Notes under the pieces: generated by a model
Seen by the model: only the letters and a program-made list of their open reading frames with translations
What the model was told of the DNA's origin: nothing
Database searches by the model: none
Source of the DNA: Myxococcota bacterium
GTDB lineage: Bacteria > Myxococcota_A > UBA9160 > SZUA-336
Assembly: GCA_965247115.1 (NCBI GenBank)
Contig: CBDFGR010000003.1
Coordinates: forward strand, 2,144,001-2,208,000
Reading direction: 5' to 3'
Length of the DNA: 64,000 nucleotides
Shown: piece by piece, positions 41,639 through 51,306 of the stretch
Position numbering within the stretch: the first letter of the stretch is position 1
Layout of the letters: every line of letters starts with the position of its first letter
Translations under genes and position numbers: made by a program

Positions 41639-43069
41639 ACCGCGGTCCTTCGCACGGCTACTGCGGTCCTCCGCACGGCTGCTGCGGTCGCCACACTGGC
41701 CTGGGTCACCCTGCTGTCCCCGCATGGCGCCGCGTGGGCGAATGGGTTGGCCTGGAGGCCATGCGGGGACGGGCTCGAGTGCGCTGCCCTCCGGGTCCCA
41801 GTGGAGCACGAGCGCCCCGAGCGTGCGACTCTGGAGATCGCACTGATCAGGCGACCGGCTGGAGACCCCGCTCGACGGATCGGCCCACTCGTCGTCAACC
41901 CCGGCGGACCGGGAGCGTCGGGCGTCGGCTACCTGCGCGCGACGGTTTCGCAGCTGGACCCGAAGCTGCTTGCCCGCTTCGACGTGGTGAGCTTCGATCC
42001 GCGCGGGGTCGGTAGAAGTGCGGGTCTCGACTGTCACGACGATCTCGCGCGCTGGCTCGGTGTGGATCCTTCTCCAGACGACGAAGCGGAGTGGCTGGTC
42101 CTGGCGGAATCCGCGCGAGCGTTGGCGCAGCGTTGCGCGGACCGCCACGGCGGGGTGCTGCCTCACGTCGGTACCCCCGACGTGGCGAGGGACCTCGAGC
42201 TGCTGCGCAGGGCGCTGGGAGCGGAGCAGCTGTCCTATCTCGGCTTGTCCTATGGCAGTCTGCTGGGCGCCGTCTACGCGGAGCTCTATCCCGAGCGCGT
42301 GCGGGCCTTCGTGCTGGACGGCGCCCTGCTGCCCGGCCAGACGCTCGCCGAGTTCACGCTCGAGCAGTCCGTTGCCCTGGAGCGCGCCTTCGAGCCGCCG
42401 GCCGAGCTGTCACGCGTAACGGTGCGGATCGAGCGAGAAGGTATTCCTTCGTCAGATGGCGCTCGGCCTGCGGGACCCGCCGATCTGACCCTTGCCCTCG
42501 CCCAGTCGCTCTACCTGCCGCACACGGGTTCGCGCGCGCTGCGCCGGGCGCTGGCTCGCGCGCTCGAAGGTGATGGCTCTGGACTCGTCTCCCTGGCGGA
42601 CACCTACCTGGAGAGGCGCCCCGACGGCAGCTATCCGAACAGTTTCGAGGCGAACCTGGCAGTTACGTGTCTGGACCTGGCTGCCCCCAGGAGTCTGGCG
42701 GAGTGGCGCGCGGTGGCCGAGGAGATTTCACGGGCGGCCCCCCTGTTCGGTCTCGCGAACTGGAATTGGGCAATGCCCTGCGTGTTCTGGCCCGCGGCTC
42801 CCGCTCCACTGTCGACACTCCGTGCCAGCGGCGCCGCCCCCATTCTCGTGGTGGCGAGGATCGGGGACCCTGTCACTCCCTTCGCCTGGGGCGAGGGACT
42901 CGCCACGGCTCTCCAGTCGGGGGTGCTGCTCCCAGTCGACGGGCCCGGCCACACCTCGAGCACCCGTGGAGACGAGTGTGTGGATGCGGTCATACGCGAC
43001 TACCTGCTCGAGGCGCGTCTCCCCCAGGCTCGAGGTTCTGAGCCCGCGACGCTCCCCCCCTGTCCTTGA
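41639..43069 (+). CDS. Exported TAP-like alpha/beta hydrolase (start not resolved)
   Basis: ECAALRVP, NPGGPGASG, FDPRGVGRS, YLGLSYG, DPVTP, GHTS. Confidence 0.85.
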   Translation, partial: TAVLRTATAVLRTAAAVATLAWVTLLSPHGAAWANGLAWRPCGDGLECAALRVPVEHERPERATLEIALIRRPAGDPARRIGPLVVNPGGPGASGVGYLRATVSQLDPKLLARFDVVSFDPRGVGRSAGLDCHDDLARWLGVDPSPDDEAEWLVLAESARALAQRCADRHGGVLPHVGTPDVARDLELLRRALGAEQLSYLGLSYGSLLGAVYAELYPERVRAFVLDGALLPGQTLAEFTLEQSVALERAFEPPAELSRVTVRIEREGIPSSDGARPAGPADLTLALAQSLYLPHTGSRALRRALARALEGDGSGLVSLADTYLERRPDGSYPNSFEANLAVTCLDLAAPRSLAEWRAVAEEISRAAPLFGLANWNWAMPCVFWPAAPAPLSTLRASGAAPILVVARIGDPVTPFAWGEGLATALQSGVLLPVDGPGHTSSTRGDECVDAVIRDYLLEARLPQARGSEPATLPPCP

Positions 43070-43161
43070 TTGGCGCTCCGCGCCTCGGCGTGACGGCGCC
43101 CGCGCCTCGGGGTTGACCGGCGCTCGGCTGCCCAGCAGGACCCTGCTATCTTGCGTCGATC

Positions 43162-44862
43162 GTGCGCTGGTCCGAGCTGTTCATCCCGACTTTGCGCGAC
43201 GACCCCTCGGATGCCGAGGCGGTCAGTCACAAGCTCATGTTGCGCGCGGGTCTGCTGCGCCAGCTCCAAGCCGGCATCTACTCCAAGCTGCCGTTGGCCC
43301 GTCGCGTGCACCGCAAGATCGAGGCGATCATGCGCGAGGAGATGGAGCGCATTGGTGCGCAGGAGTTCCAGCTGCCGATCCTCCAGCCGGCCGAGCTCTG
43401 GCGGGACAGCGGCCGATGGGAATCCATGGGCGAGGAGCTGTTTCGCCTCCACGACCGCAAGCGCTCGGAAATGTGCCTCGGCTACACGCACGAAGAGGCG
43501 TTCACATCGATCTCACGCGAGCTGCGGAGCTATCGTCAGTTACCGCAAATCTGGTTCCACCTTCAGACCAAGTTCCGCGACGAGGCGCGGCCGAAGTCAG
43601 GCGTACTGCGCAGCCGCGAGTTCACCATGAAGGATTCCTACTCCTTCGACGTCGACTTCGAAGGACTCGACCGCTCCTTCGATCTACACACAAGAGCGTA
43701 CAATCGCATCTTCGAGCGCTGCGGTGTGCCGGTCATGGCCGTCGAGGCGTCCTCGGGAGTCATGGGCGGCAGCGAGTCTGTCGAGTTCATGGCGCTCTCC
43801 GATGCGGGCGAGGATTGGGTCGTTACCTGCGAGGGTTGCGGGTATGCCGCGAACCTGGAAAAAGCCGTCGCGGTTCCCAGGCCCGTGAAGGATCCCGAGG
43901 AGTCGCCACCGCTCGAGAAGTTTGCAACTCCAGGCGTGCGCACGATCGAAGAGCTGGCCGCTCTTGCTGGCGGCGCAGCGGCAGAGCGCCAGATCAAAAC
44001 GCTGGTTCTGGTGGTCCGAGACGAGCTTACACTTTTCCTTCTGCGTGGCGACTACGAGCTGAACGAGGTCAAAGTCGCGGAGCTCTGTGGCACGACGGAC
44101 TTCCGACCTGCGCACCCCGAGGAATGTCGGGAGGCGCTCGGCGCGCTCCCCGGGAGTCTCGGGGCTGTGGGAGTGACGGAGCTGCCCGTGTTCGCGGATG
44201 AAGCGCTCCGGGATCGGCGCGGCATGAGCACGGGCGCGAACGAGGATGACTTCCACCTGCGCAACGTCGATGTAGCCCGTGACCTGGGACAGGTGCGCTG
44301 GGTCGACCTGCGCTGCGCGGAGGAAGGCGACTCCTGCGCGAGCTGTGGCAAGCCCGTGAAGCTGGACAAGGCCATCGAGGTCGCCCACATCTTCAAGCTC
44401 GGCGTGCGTTATTCGGAAACGATGGGGTCCCGCGTGCTGGGTCCGGACGGCAAGGAGGTCCCGATCGTCATGGGCTCCTACGGCATGGGTGTCGAACGCC
44501 TCATGGCCTCCGCCATCGAATCGCACCACGACGAGAACGGCATACGCTGGCCGGTGTCGATCGCACCGTTCGAGGTGGTCGTCGCTCCTGTTCGGATCGG
44601 TGACGCGGAGCAGGCGGAGAGGGCGGAGGGGATCTACTCGGATCTGCGCGAGGCCGGCTTCGACGCGCTGCTCGACGATCGCGACGAGCGCCCGGGCGTC
44701 AAGTTCAAGGACGCGGATCTGATCGGCTTTCCGTTGCGCATCGTGCCCGGTCCGCGCTCGCTCGCAAAGGGCTGTGTCGAGCTCGTCGATCGCGTTGCCG
44801 AGGAGTCTGTCGAGGTGCCGCTGGCTGATCTCGTGGCAGAGGCGCGCAGGAGAATTCGATGA
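43162..44862 (+). CDS. proS: Prolyl-tRNA synthetase
   Basis: SHKLMLRAG, KFRDEARPKSGVLRSREF, HIFKLG, GSYGMGVER, KFKDADLIG. Confidence 0.97.
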   Translation: MRWSELFIPTLRDDPSDAEAVSHKLMLRAGLLRQLQAGIYSKLPLARRVHRKIEAIMREEMERIGAQEFQLPILQPAELWRDSGRWESMGEELFRLHDRKRSEMCLGYTHEEAFTSISRELRSYRQLPQIWFHLQTKFRDEARPKSGVLRSREFTMKDSYSFDVDFEGLDRSFDLHTRAYNRIFERCGVPVMAVEASSGVMGGSESVEFMALSDAGEDWVVTCEGCGYAANLEKAVAVPRPVKDPEESPPLEKFATPGVRTIEELAALAGGAAAERQIKTLVLVVRDELTLFLLRGDYELNEVKVAELCGTTDFRPAHPEECREALGALPGSLGAVGVTELPVFADEALRDRRGMSTGANEDDFHLRNVDVARDLGQVRWVDLRCAEEGDSCASCGKPVKLDKAIEVAHIFKLGVRYSETMGSRVLGPDGKEVPIVMGSYGMGVERLMASAIESHHDENGIRWPVSIAPFEVVVAPVRIGDAEQAERAEGIYSDLREAGFDALLDDRDERPGVKFKDADLIGFPLRIVPGPRSLAKGCVELVDRVAEESVEVPLADLVAEARRRIR

Positions 44863-46010
44863 GCAGGCCCGCGCTCACCGTCCTCTCGGAAGAAGAGGAG
44901 ATCTTCCGCGCCACCGTTCGCGACTTTGCGGAGGCCGAGCTCTCGCCGCGTGCCGCGAAGATGGATCAGCAGGGCTACTACGATCCGGAGATCATTCCCA
45001 TGCTCTTCGAGCTCGGGATCATGGCAATCGAGACTCCGGAGGAGCTCGGCGGGGCTGGTGGGACCTTCTTTTTGAGCGTGCTCGCAATCGAGGAGCTCTC
45101 GCGCGTGGACGCGGCGGTGGCTGTGCTCGTTGACGTGCAGAACACGCTGGTTGCGAATGCCATCCTGCGCTGGGCCAACGACGATCTGAAGGCGCGCGTG
45201 TTGAGCGAGATGGCGAACGGCATGCTCACGTCATACGCGCTTTCGGAGGCCGGCTCCGGGAGCGACGCCTTTGCGCTCAAGACCAGGGCCGTCGACGACG
45301 GAGACTCGTACGTTCTCAGCGGACGCAAGCTCTGGATCACGAACGCCGCGGAGGCGGGGCTCTTCCTGGTCATGGCGAACGTCGATCCTGACGTGGGGTA
45401 CAAGGGCATCACGAGCTTCCTGGTCAGCAGGGACTCGGAGGGGCTGCAGGTCGGGAAGAAGGAGGACAAGCTCGGCATCCGCGCCAGCTCGACCTGCGAG
45501 CTCATCCTGGACGGCGTGCGCGTTCCGAAGGCCAACGTGCTCGGCGAGCCCGGGCTAGGCTACAAGATCGCGATCGAGACGCTGAACGAGGGGCGGATCG
45601 GCATCGGAGCGCAGATGGTAGGGATCGCCGACGGAGCGCTGCAGGATGCGCTCAACTACACGCGCGAGCGACAGCAATTCGGCCGCGCCATCGGGGAGTT
45701 CCAGGCGGTTCAATTCGACCTGGCTCAAATGGCGACCGATATCGAGGCGGCGCGGCTGACCGTCTACAATGCCGCCCGACTGAAGGACGCCGGCGAACCG
45801 TTCCTGACCCAGGCTGCCATGTCCAAGCTCTTTGCGTCGCAGGTTGCGGGGCGGGTGACATCCCGTGCGCTCGAGCTCTTCGGGGGCGTCGGCTACACGC
45901 GCGAGTATCCGGTGGAGAAGCGCTACCGGGACGCGAAGATCGGCACGATCTACGAGGGTACGAGCAACATGCAGCTTGCGACGATCGCCAGGCAGATCCA
46001 GGGGGCATGA
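44859..46010 (+). CDS. Short/branched-chain acyl-CoA dehydrogenase
   Basis: YALSEAGSGSDAFAL, KEDKLGIRASST, LNEGRIGIGAQ, YRDAKIGTIYEGTSNMQ. Confidence 0.93.
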   Translation: MSRPALTVLSEEEEIFRATVRDFAEAELSPRAAKMDQQGYYDPEIIPMLFELGIMAIETPEELGGAGGTFFLSVLAIEELSRVDAAVAVLVDVQNTLVANAILRWANDDLKARVLSEMANGMLTSYALSEAGSGSDAFALKTRAVDDGDSYVLSGRKLWITNAAEAGLFLVMANVDPDVGYKGITSFLVSRDSEGLQVGKKEDKLGIRASSTCELILDGVRVPKANVLGEPGLGYKIAIETLNEGRIGIGAQMVGIADGALQDALNYTRERQQFGRAIGEFQAVQFDLAQMATDIEAARLTVYNAARLKDAGEPFLTQAAMSKLFASQVAGRVTSRALELFGGVGYTREYPVEKRYRDAKIGTIYEGTSNMQLATIARQIQGA

Positions 46011-46020
46011 CCCGGAGCTG

Positions 46021-46545
46021 ATGGCGAACGCGCTCTCCGCGTTCCGGCTCCTGCTGGTGCTGCCCTTCGCCTGGACCGTCCTCCAGGTGTCTGCGCAGGC
46101 TGCGGCGCTCTTCTTCATACTCGCGATCGCGAGCGATTTGCTGGACGGGCGCATCGCGCGCAGGCGGGGCACGGCGGGCCCTGTCGGCCGGGCGCTCGAC
46201 CACGGTGCCGACTTTGCGTTCGTCACAGCCGGCCTGGCAGCGGCCGCAGCCAGGGATCTGCTGAGCTGGCTCTTGCCTGTGCTTGTCACGCTCGCGTTCG
46301 CGCAGTACGCCATCGACTCGTACCTGCTCCACCGCGAGCGTCAGCTGCGCATGAGCGCGCTAGGACGCTGGAATGGGGTGCTCTACTTCGTGCCGGTGGG
46401 AGGCGTGATCCTTGCGGACCTCGGCCTCGCCTGGCTCGCGCCGCTGATGCCAGCTGTCGCCTGGCTTCTCGTGGCGTCGACGCTCGCGTCTATCGCGGAT
46501 CGGTTGTTCGAGCTGGGACGTCGTCGCCCAACAGCTCCCGATTAG
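46021..46545 (+). CDS. CDP-alcohol phosphatidyltransferase family
   Basis: ANALSAFR, DLLDGRIARR..GRALDHGAD signature. Confidence 0.88.
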   Translation: MANALSAFRLLLVLPFAWTVLQVSAQAAALFFILAIASDLLDGRIARRRGTAGPVGRALDHGADFAFVTAGLAAAAARDLLSWLLPVLVTLAFAQYAIDSYLLHRERQLRMSALGRWNGVLYFVPVGGVILADLGLAWLAPLMPAVAWLLVASTLASIADRLFELGRRRPTAPD

Positions 46546-47491
46546 CCCTGCGCAGGAAGAGCAGTCCGATCGCGGCGTTGAAGAAGATGAAGAAATTGTG
46601 CTGCACGAAGCCGAAGGCGGCAGCTTCGCCAGGATGCTCGGGAAACAGGATCACCCAGAGGGTGATGGCCACGCTGCGCATGGGACCGGGCGTCGCCGCA
46701 CCGAAGAAGACGATCGGCGCGTAGCCGAGCATGGTCGCCAGGTTGATCTGGATGCCGAACAGGCCGGCTGCTTGCGAGTAGACGAAGACGGCGCCCAGCA
46801 ACGCAGGAGAGCGCAGCAGGATCAGGGTGCCGTACTGCCAGACGCTGGCCTGCCGGAAGGAGCTGAAGACCGCCCGTTCGCGCAACGCGCGACCGAGAGT
46901 GAAGCGGCCGCTGAAGAATACGGCGAAGGCGGCGAAGAAGAGCAACGCTGCGATGGCGATGCTCGGCACGAGTCCGAATACCTGTGGCAGAGAGGCATGG
47001 CTGATGGCGTAGCCGATCGTCGCCCAGCCGAGCAGATAGTAGAACTCGCAAAACATGATGAAGAGCATGCTCGAGCCGACTTCCCAGCCGGGCACGCCGT
47101 GACGTCGATACAGGTAGAGGCCCATCGCACCCTTGCCGACCTGCTCGTTGATGATGGACAGGATGTAGCTGCTGCCTCGAATCGGGAGGATGTCCCCGAA
47201 GCTCACTCGCGTGTTGAACCAGTTCACGACCCGCCAGACGATGAGCGAGTCGATCAGGAAGAAAAAGGCGGAGTAGGGGATCATCAGCGCGAGCCAGCGT
47301 CCCCAGCTCACGCTCGCGAAGATCCCGCCGAGATACGAAATCAGAGTCTGCTCGGGACCGGCTGCGGCGCCGAGCTTCCGATAGAGGTAGGCAAAGCAGG
47401 TCGCCGCGATGAGCCAGGGCAGCGTCCGCTGCCAGAGCGCGGGTCTGCGCGCGACTTCCGCGCCCTGCTCGCTGTTTATGGCATCGCTCAC
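46490..47491 (-). CDS. Polytopic membrane protein (lysylphosphatidylglycerol-synthase TM / flippase-like)
   Basis: About 8 hydrophobic segments; family assignment by overall pattern only. Confidence 0.6.
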   Translation of the reverse strand: MSDAINSEQGAEVARRPALWQRTLPWLIAATCFAYLYRKLGAAAGPEQTLISYLGGIFASVSWGRWLALMIPYSAFFFLIDSLIVWRVVNWFNTRVSFGDILPIRGSSYILSIINEQVGKGAMGLYLYRRHGVPGWEVGSSMLFIMFCEFYYLLGWATIGYAISHASLPQVFGLVPSIAIAALLFFAAFAVFFSGRFTLGRALRERAVFSSFRQASVWQYGTLILLRSPALLGAVFVYSQAAGLFGIQINLATMLGYAPIVFFGAATPGPMRSVAITLWVILFPEHPGEAAAFGFVQHNFFIFFNAAIGLLFLRRANRELLGDDVPARTTDPR

Positions 47492-48405
47492 TGTGCGCTC
47501 GTGTCCTCCAGACTGCGGCGGATCGTATCATCGAGACCGCTGAGCTCGATGCCGAGTGCGCGCGCCGCGGGCTCGGGATCCATGCGCACCTCGCTTTGCA
47601 TGACGTCGATCACGTCGGGCGAGAGACCGCCTCTCGTGAACCTGCTGCGCAGAGCGAGGAGCAGCTTCAAGAGTCTCGGGGGAAGCGAAACGACGCGTAG
47701 CCGGGCTCCGCGCAGGCGCGCACCTCGTCGCACCAGCTCGTGCATGGGGAGCGACTCCGGTCCGACGAGGTCGAGCACGCAGTTTCGCGCTTGCGGCGCG
47801 CCAGTTGCGGCGTTCAGGGCTCCCGCGGCGAGGTCGCGCGCATCGATCGGCTGCTCGCACGCGCGCCCGCCCCCGATCAGGGGCACGAGCCCGCCCGCGC
47901 TGTCGCGTGCGAAGGCCCTGGCTCCCTCGGAGGCGCAGCCCAGCACGAGGGGAACTCGCAGCACGGTGTAGGCGAGACCGGAGTGGGTCAAGAGCTGCTC
48001 GCCGATGCCCTTTGTGCGAAGGTACGGATTCGCCGAGCCGGAGTCCGCGCCCACCGAGCCGACGAGCACGAAGCTCGCGACGCCTTCCGCGCGCGCAGCG
48101 CCGATCGCGACCCGGAGTGTGTCCACGTTCGCACTCTGGTAAGAAGAGCTCGCCGTTTCGATCAGGAGTCCGGGAAGGTGGATGACTCCGGCTGCGCCGC
48201 GGAAGGCGTGACGCAAGCTTTCAGGGTCTTCGAAGTCGACGCGGGCGGCATGACCGCGAGCAGCTGGGATCGGTGGGAGCTGGGAAGCGGCCCGCTCGGA
48301 TCGCACGCAGGCGACGATCTCGATGTCGCCACGGGCGAGCGCACGGCCTACGACGACTCGGCCCACGGCGCTGTTGGCCCCGGTGATGGCTACCCGAACG
48401 CTCAG
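47488..48405 (-). CDS. NAD(P)-dependent epimerase/SDR (NDUFA9-like); probable CTG start
   Basis: VAITGANSAVG Rossmann motif, YLRTK, QPIDARDLA, DLVGPE. Confidence 0.82.
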   Translation of the reverse strand: MSVRVAITGANSAVGRVVVGRALARGDIEIVACVRSERAASQLPPIPAARGHAARVDFEDPESLRHAFRGAAGVIHLPGLLIETASSSYQSANVDTLRVAIGAARAEGVASFVLVGSVGADSGSANPYLRTKGIGEQLLTHSGLAYTVLRVPLVLGCASEGARAFARDSAGGLVPLIGGGRACEQPIDARDLAAGALNAATGAPQARNCVLDLVGPESLPMHELVRRGARLRGARLRVVSLPPRLLKLLLALRSRFTRGGLSPDVIDVMQSEVRMDPEPAARALGIELSGLDDTIRRSLEDTSAQ

Positions 48406-49475
48406 ACGAACTTCCCCCGACCGATGATCGGCCAGACCTCCTCGACCTCTTCCCCGCGCACAGCGTAGTAGCGCTCGTGCAGGTTGATGGTCGTGTCTCC
48501 GTGGCTGGGCAGGATCCGGATCCGGTCGCCGATCGAGAGGTCGAGCTCGTGACCCTCGTCGATCCCTACGTGTCCGTGCTCCTCTGAGAGCCCGAGACAG
48601 GTGACCGGCAGGTCGTAGCCTGTGGGAAGTCCGAACTCGTGACTCAATGCCTTCATGCCGCAATCCGTGATCAGCACGCGACGGCGCCTGTGGATCACGG
48701 TCGTGAGGACGCTGAGTGCGCACTCGAGGTCCGAGCGCACGCGCTGGTACGCCCCGTCCATGAATACGTAGCTGCCGGCCTGGATCTCGGTGACGCCCGG
48801 CGCGGTTGCGGTGGTCTCGCAGGTCCCGGTTCCGCCAGCGCTGACGATCTTCGGCGCAAGATCGGCGTCGACCAGCGCTTGTCGGTGCTCCAGCAGGCGC
48901 GCGACCGCGGTCTCCGCCAGCACCTTCCGCTTGGCGTCGTCTGGAACCAGGACCGCGTGTCCCTCGTAGCCCATCATGCCGCGGTACGCGATCCTGCTGG
49001 CCTCGACGTGTCGTGCGAGCTCCACGGTCTGCTCGGGCTTGTCCGTTCCACAGCGGCTCATCCCGACGTCTACCTCGATCAGGGCGCCGACTGTTGTGCC
49101 GCGCTTTCCGAGCTCCGCGTCGATCGCATCGATCTGACTCGAGTCGTCGATGGCGACGAGGAGCTCCGGAACGCGTTCGGCAAGCGCCGCGAGTCGAGCA
49201 ACCTTGGCTGACCCAACGATCTGGTTGGCGATCAGCACGGACGTGAGTACGCCCGCATCCGCTAGGGCCTCGGCCTCGCCGAGCTTTGCGCAGGTCACGC
49301 CAATTGCTCCTGCTTCGAGCTGTCGCCGCAGCACCTCCGCGCACTTCGGCGTCTTCCAGTGCGGGCGCAGGTCAGAGGTCTGTGTCGCGAAGAAGCGCGA
49401 CATGTGGGAGATGTTCCGCTCCATTCGCTCCAGGTCGACGATCAGCGCGGGCGTATCGATCTCTTGGAGCTTCAT
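48402..49475 (-). CDS. PLP-dependent DSD1/D-threonine aldolase family enzyme
   Basis: DTPALIVD, LRPHWKT, MGYEGH, SAGGTGT, EIQAGSYVFMD, SEEHG. Confidence 0.9.
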   Translation of the reverse strand: MKLQEIDTPALIVDLERMERNISHMSRFFATQTSDLRPHWKTPKCAEVLRRQLEAGAIGVTCAKLGEAEALADAGVLTSVLIANQIVGSAKVARLAALAERVPELLVAIDDSSQIDAIDAELGKRGTTVGALIEVDVGMSRCGTDKPEQTVELARHVEASRIAYRGMMGYEGHAVLVPDDAKRKVLAETAVARLLEHRQALVDADLAPKIVSAGGTGTCETTATAPGVTEIQAGSYVFMDGAYQRVRSDLECALSVLTTVIHRRRRVLITDCGMKALSHEFGLPTGYDLPVTCLGLSEEHGHVGIDEGHELDLSIGDRIRILPSHGDTTINLHERYYAVRGEEVEEVWPIIGRGKFV

Positions 49476-49479
49476 GACC

Positions 49480-49493
49480 GCATGCTAGCATGC
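49480..49493. promoter_or_regulatory. Palindromic bidirectional -10 element (GCATGCTAGCATGC) between two divergent, probably leaderless genes
   Basis: TAGCAT on each strand lies exactly 6 nt before ATG 49475(-) and GTG 49498(+). Confidence 0.6.
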
Positions 49494-49497
49494 AGGA

Positions 49498-51042
49498 GTG
49501 AGCGCACGGATCGTCTATGGCGGAGCCGCAGCTCTTCTCGTCTGCGCGTTGCTGGGTGTGCGCTCCGCGGGCCAGAGCAGCTACGCCATATGGATCGAAG
49601 ACTCGCTGCCGCTGCTAATCCACGAGCCCGATGCGGCGACGTCGCGCGACGGAGAGCGCCTGCCAGTGGTCGTGCTCTCGCACGGATCCCTCGGCAACAG
49701 CAGCTTGTTGAACTCGTTGGCGCGGCGCCTGAGTGCTCAGGGATTCGCGGTGATCACCTTCGACTCTCGCGGTCAAGGGCGTAGCCGGCGCCCTTTCGAG
49801 CGAAGTGTGGGCTTTGTGCCCGAAGGCCTGATCGAGGACTTCGACCAGGCCGTGCTCTGGGCGCGTTCGCAGGCGCGCTACGATGGTCAGCGCCTCGCCG
49901 TAGGAGGCCACGGAACGGGCGCGGCCGGCGCGCTCGCCTACGCGGCGCGGCGCGATCCCGGAGTGGCCGCCGTCGTTGCCATCTCCGGTAGCGCTTCTCT
50001 GGACGGGCCCTACACGCCACCGAACGTGCTGTTACTCTGGGGGGAGCGTGCCCCGTCAGCTCTGCGCGCGCTCTCACGGCAGCGCGGGGCCGAGCTGATC
50101 TCTGCGAACCGGGCCGTGCTCGAGCGTACCTACGGCAGCTTCGAGCGGGGTACGGCCGTGCGCCTGGCCGAGGTGGAGGGAGCGAACCATCTCTCCGTTC
50201 TTTACGCTCAGGGCGCCGCCTCCGAGATCTCGAGCTGGTTGGCCGGCGCGCTGACACCCACGCCCGACCTCGGGCCTGTCCCCCGGGACGCGTCGCTTCT
50301 CTGGGCGCTTGTCGGGATGTTGGGCGCGCTCGCTCTGCTCTTGGGAATGCCGCAGGCCGTCGCACCGCTCGCGCCGCGCGTCGCACTTCCCGCGGTGACA
50401 CATCCCTGGCAGCGGCTCGGGCTCGTAGCCGCTGCTCTGGCCGCCAGTACGGTGCTGCTCGTCGGCGCCGACCAGGTTGCGGGCAGCGCGCCTCTCGCCG
50501 TCTTCCCGCTCTCCGGCGCTCGTGACGTGCTGGGCTTCTTCGCCATCGCGGGAGTCGGTCTGCTCGCCTACGCCGCCAGGGATACGCGCGTGCGCGCCGA
50601 AGGGCTTCGAGACTGGCGCACCTGGACCAGCGCTGGACTCATTCTGGGTTTCATCTATGTCAGCATCGGGGTGCTGAGCCAGCCGTTCTGGGATCCGTTG
50701 CTGAGCTCCCGAAGGCTATTGCCCTGGGCCGCTGCCACGCTGCTGTTGCTGCCCTGGTTCGGCGTCACCGAGTGGCTGCTCCGCGGCCCCCTGCTCGCTC
50801 AGGCCTGGCTCCCCGCTGCGGCCCGCCTCCTGACCCTGGCCGCCCTCGCGTCCGCAGCGTTCTTCGGCCTGGTCCCCCGCGCACTTCTCGCCGCCCTCGT
50901 CCCGCTCGTTCTCCTCTTCGCCATCTTCGAGGCCCTGGCCTTCCGCCTCTCCCGTCAGCTCCCGAACCCCTGGCTCTCCGCCCTCGTCCAATCCGCCTGG
51001 TTCGCCTGGCTCCTAGCTGCATTCTTCCCCATCGAGGGCTAG
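49498..51042 (+). CDS. Alpha/beta-hydrolase-fold protein fused to a multi-TM C-terminal domain
   Basis: VVLSHGSLG, FDSRGQG, GGHGTG (no nucleophile Ser), NHL; hydrophobic C-terminal half. Confidence 0.72.
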   Translation: MSARIVYGGAAALLVCALLGVRSAGQSSYAIWIEDSLPLLIHEPDAATSRDGERLPVVVLSHGSLGNSSLLNSLARRLSAQGFAVITFDSRGQGRSRRPFERSVGFVPEGLIEDFDQAVLWARSQARYDGQRLAVGGHGTGAAGALAYAARRDPGVAAVVAISGSASLDGPYTPPNVLLLWGERAPSALRALSRQRGAELISANRAVLERTYGSFERGTAVRLAEVEGANHLSVLYAQGAASEISSWLAGALTPTPDLGPVPRDASLLWALVGMLGALALLLGMPQAVAPLAPRVALPAVTHPWQRLGLVAAALAASTVLLVGADQVAGSAPLAVFPLSGARDVLGFFAIAGVGLLAYAARDTRVRAEGLRDWRTWTSAGLILGFIYVSIGVLSQPFWDPLLSSRRLLPWAAATLLLLPWFGVTEWLLRGPLLAQAWLPAAARLLTLAALASAAFFGLVPRALLAALVPLVLLFAIFEALAFRLSRQLPNPWLSALVQSAWFAWLLAAFFPIEG

Positions 51043-51063
51043 GAACGCGTAGGGGCCCCCAGT

Positions 51064-51220
51064 CCGAACTTAGGGACGGTCCTTAATCCGAACTTATTCC
51101 GCGCGAGACGACCGCAGCGACGCCTGGATGAACGAGTGTGCCCACGAGCCCCGCCAGAGTGACCAGAAGTTCCGACTTTCGGCCAAACAAGTTCGGATTG
51201 AGGACCGTCCCCAAGTTCGG
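51064..51220. repeat. Family-A non-autonomous REPIN/MITE-like element, copy 2 (157 bp)
   Basis: CCGAACTTAGGGACGGTCCTTAATCCGAACTT ... AAGTTCGGATTGAGGACCGTCCCCAAGTTCGG; left end identical to the transposase left repeat over 32 nt. Confidence 0.9.
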
Positions 51221-51225
51221 ATGGA

Positions 51226-51297
51226 TGCGGCGCGCGCAGCGAAGGGCGAAGCCCTGAGCGGAGGTGGGTGGCCGCGGGCGCCCTCGGCCGGGTCCCA
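51226..51297 (+). repeat. 5'-truncated family-B repeat abutting the family-A element
   Basis: TGCGGCGCGCGCAGCGAAGGGCGAAGCCCTGAGCGGAGGTGGGTGGCCGCGGGCGCCCTCGGCCGGGTCCCA. Confidence 0.85.
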
Positions 51298-51306
51298 TGG
51301 GGTGCG

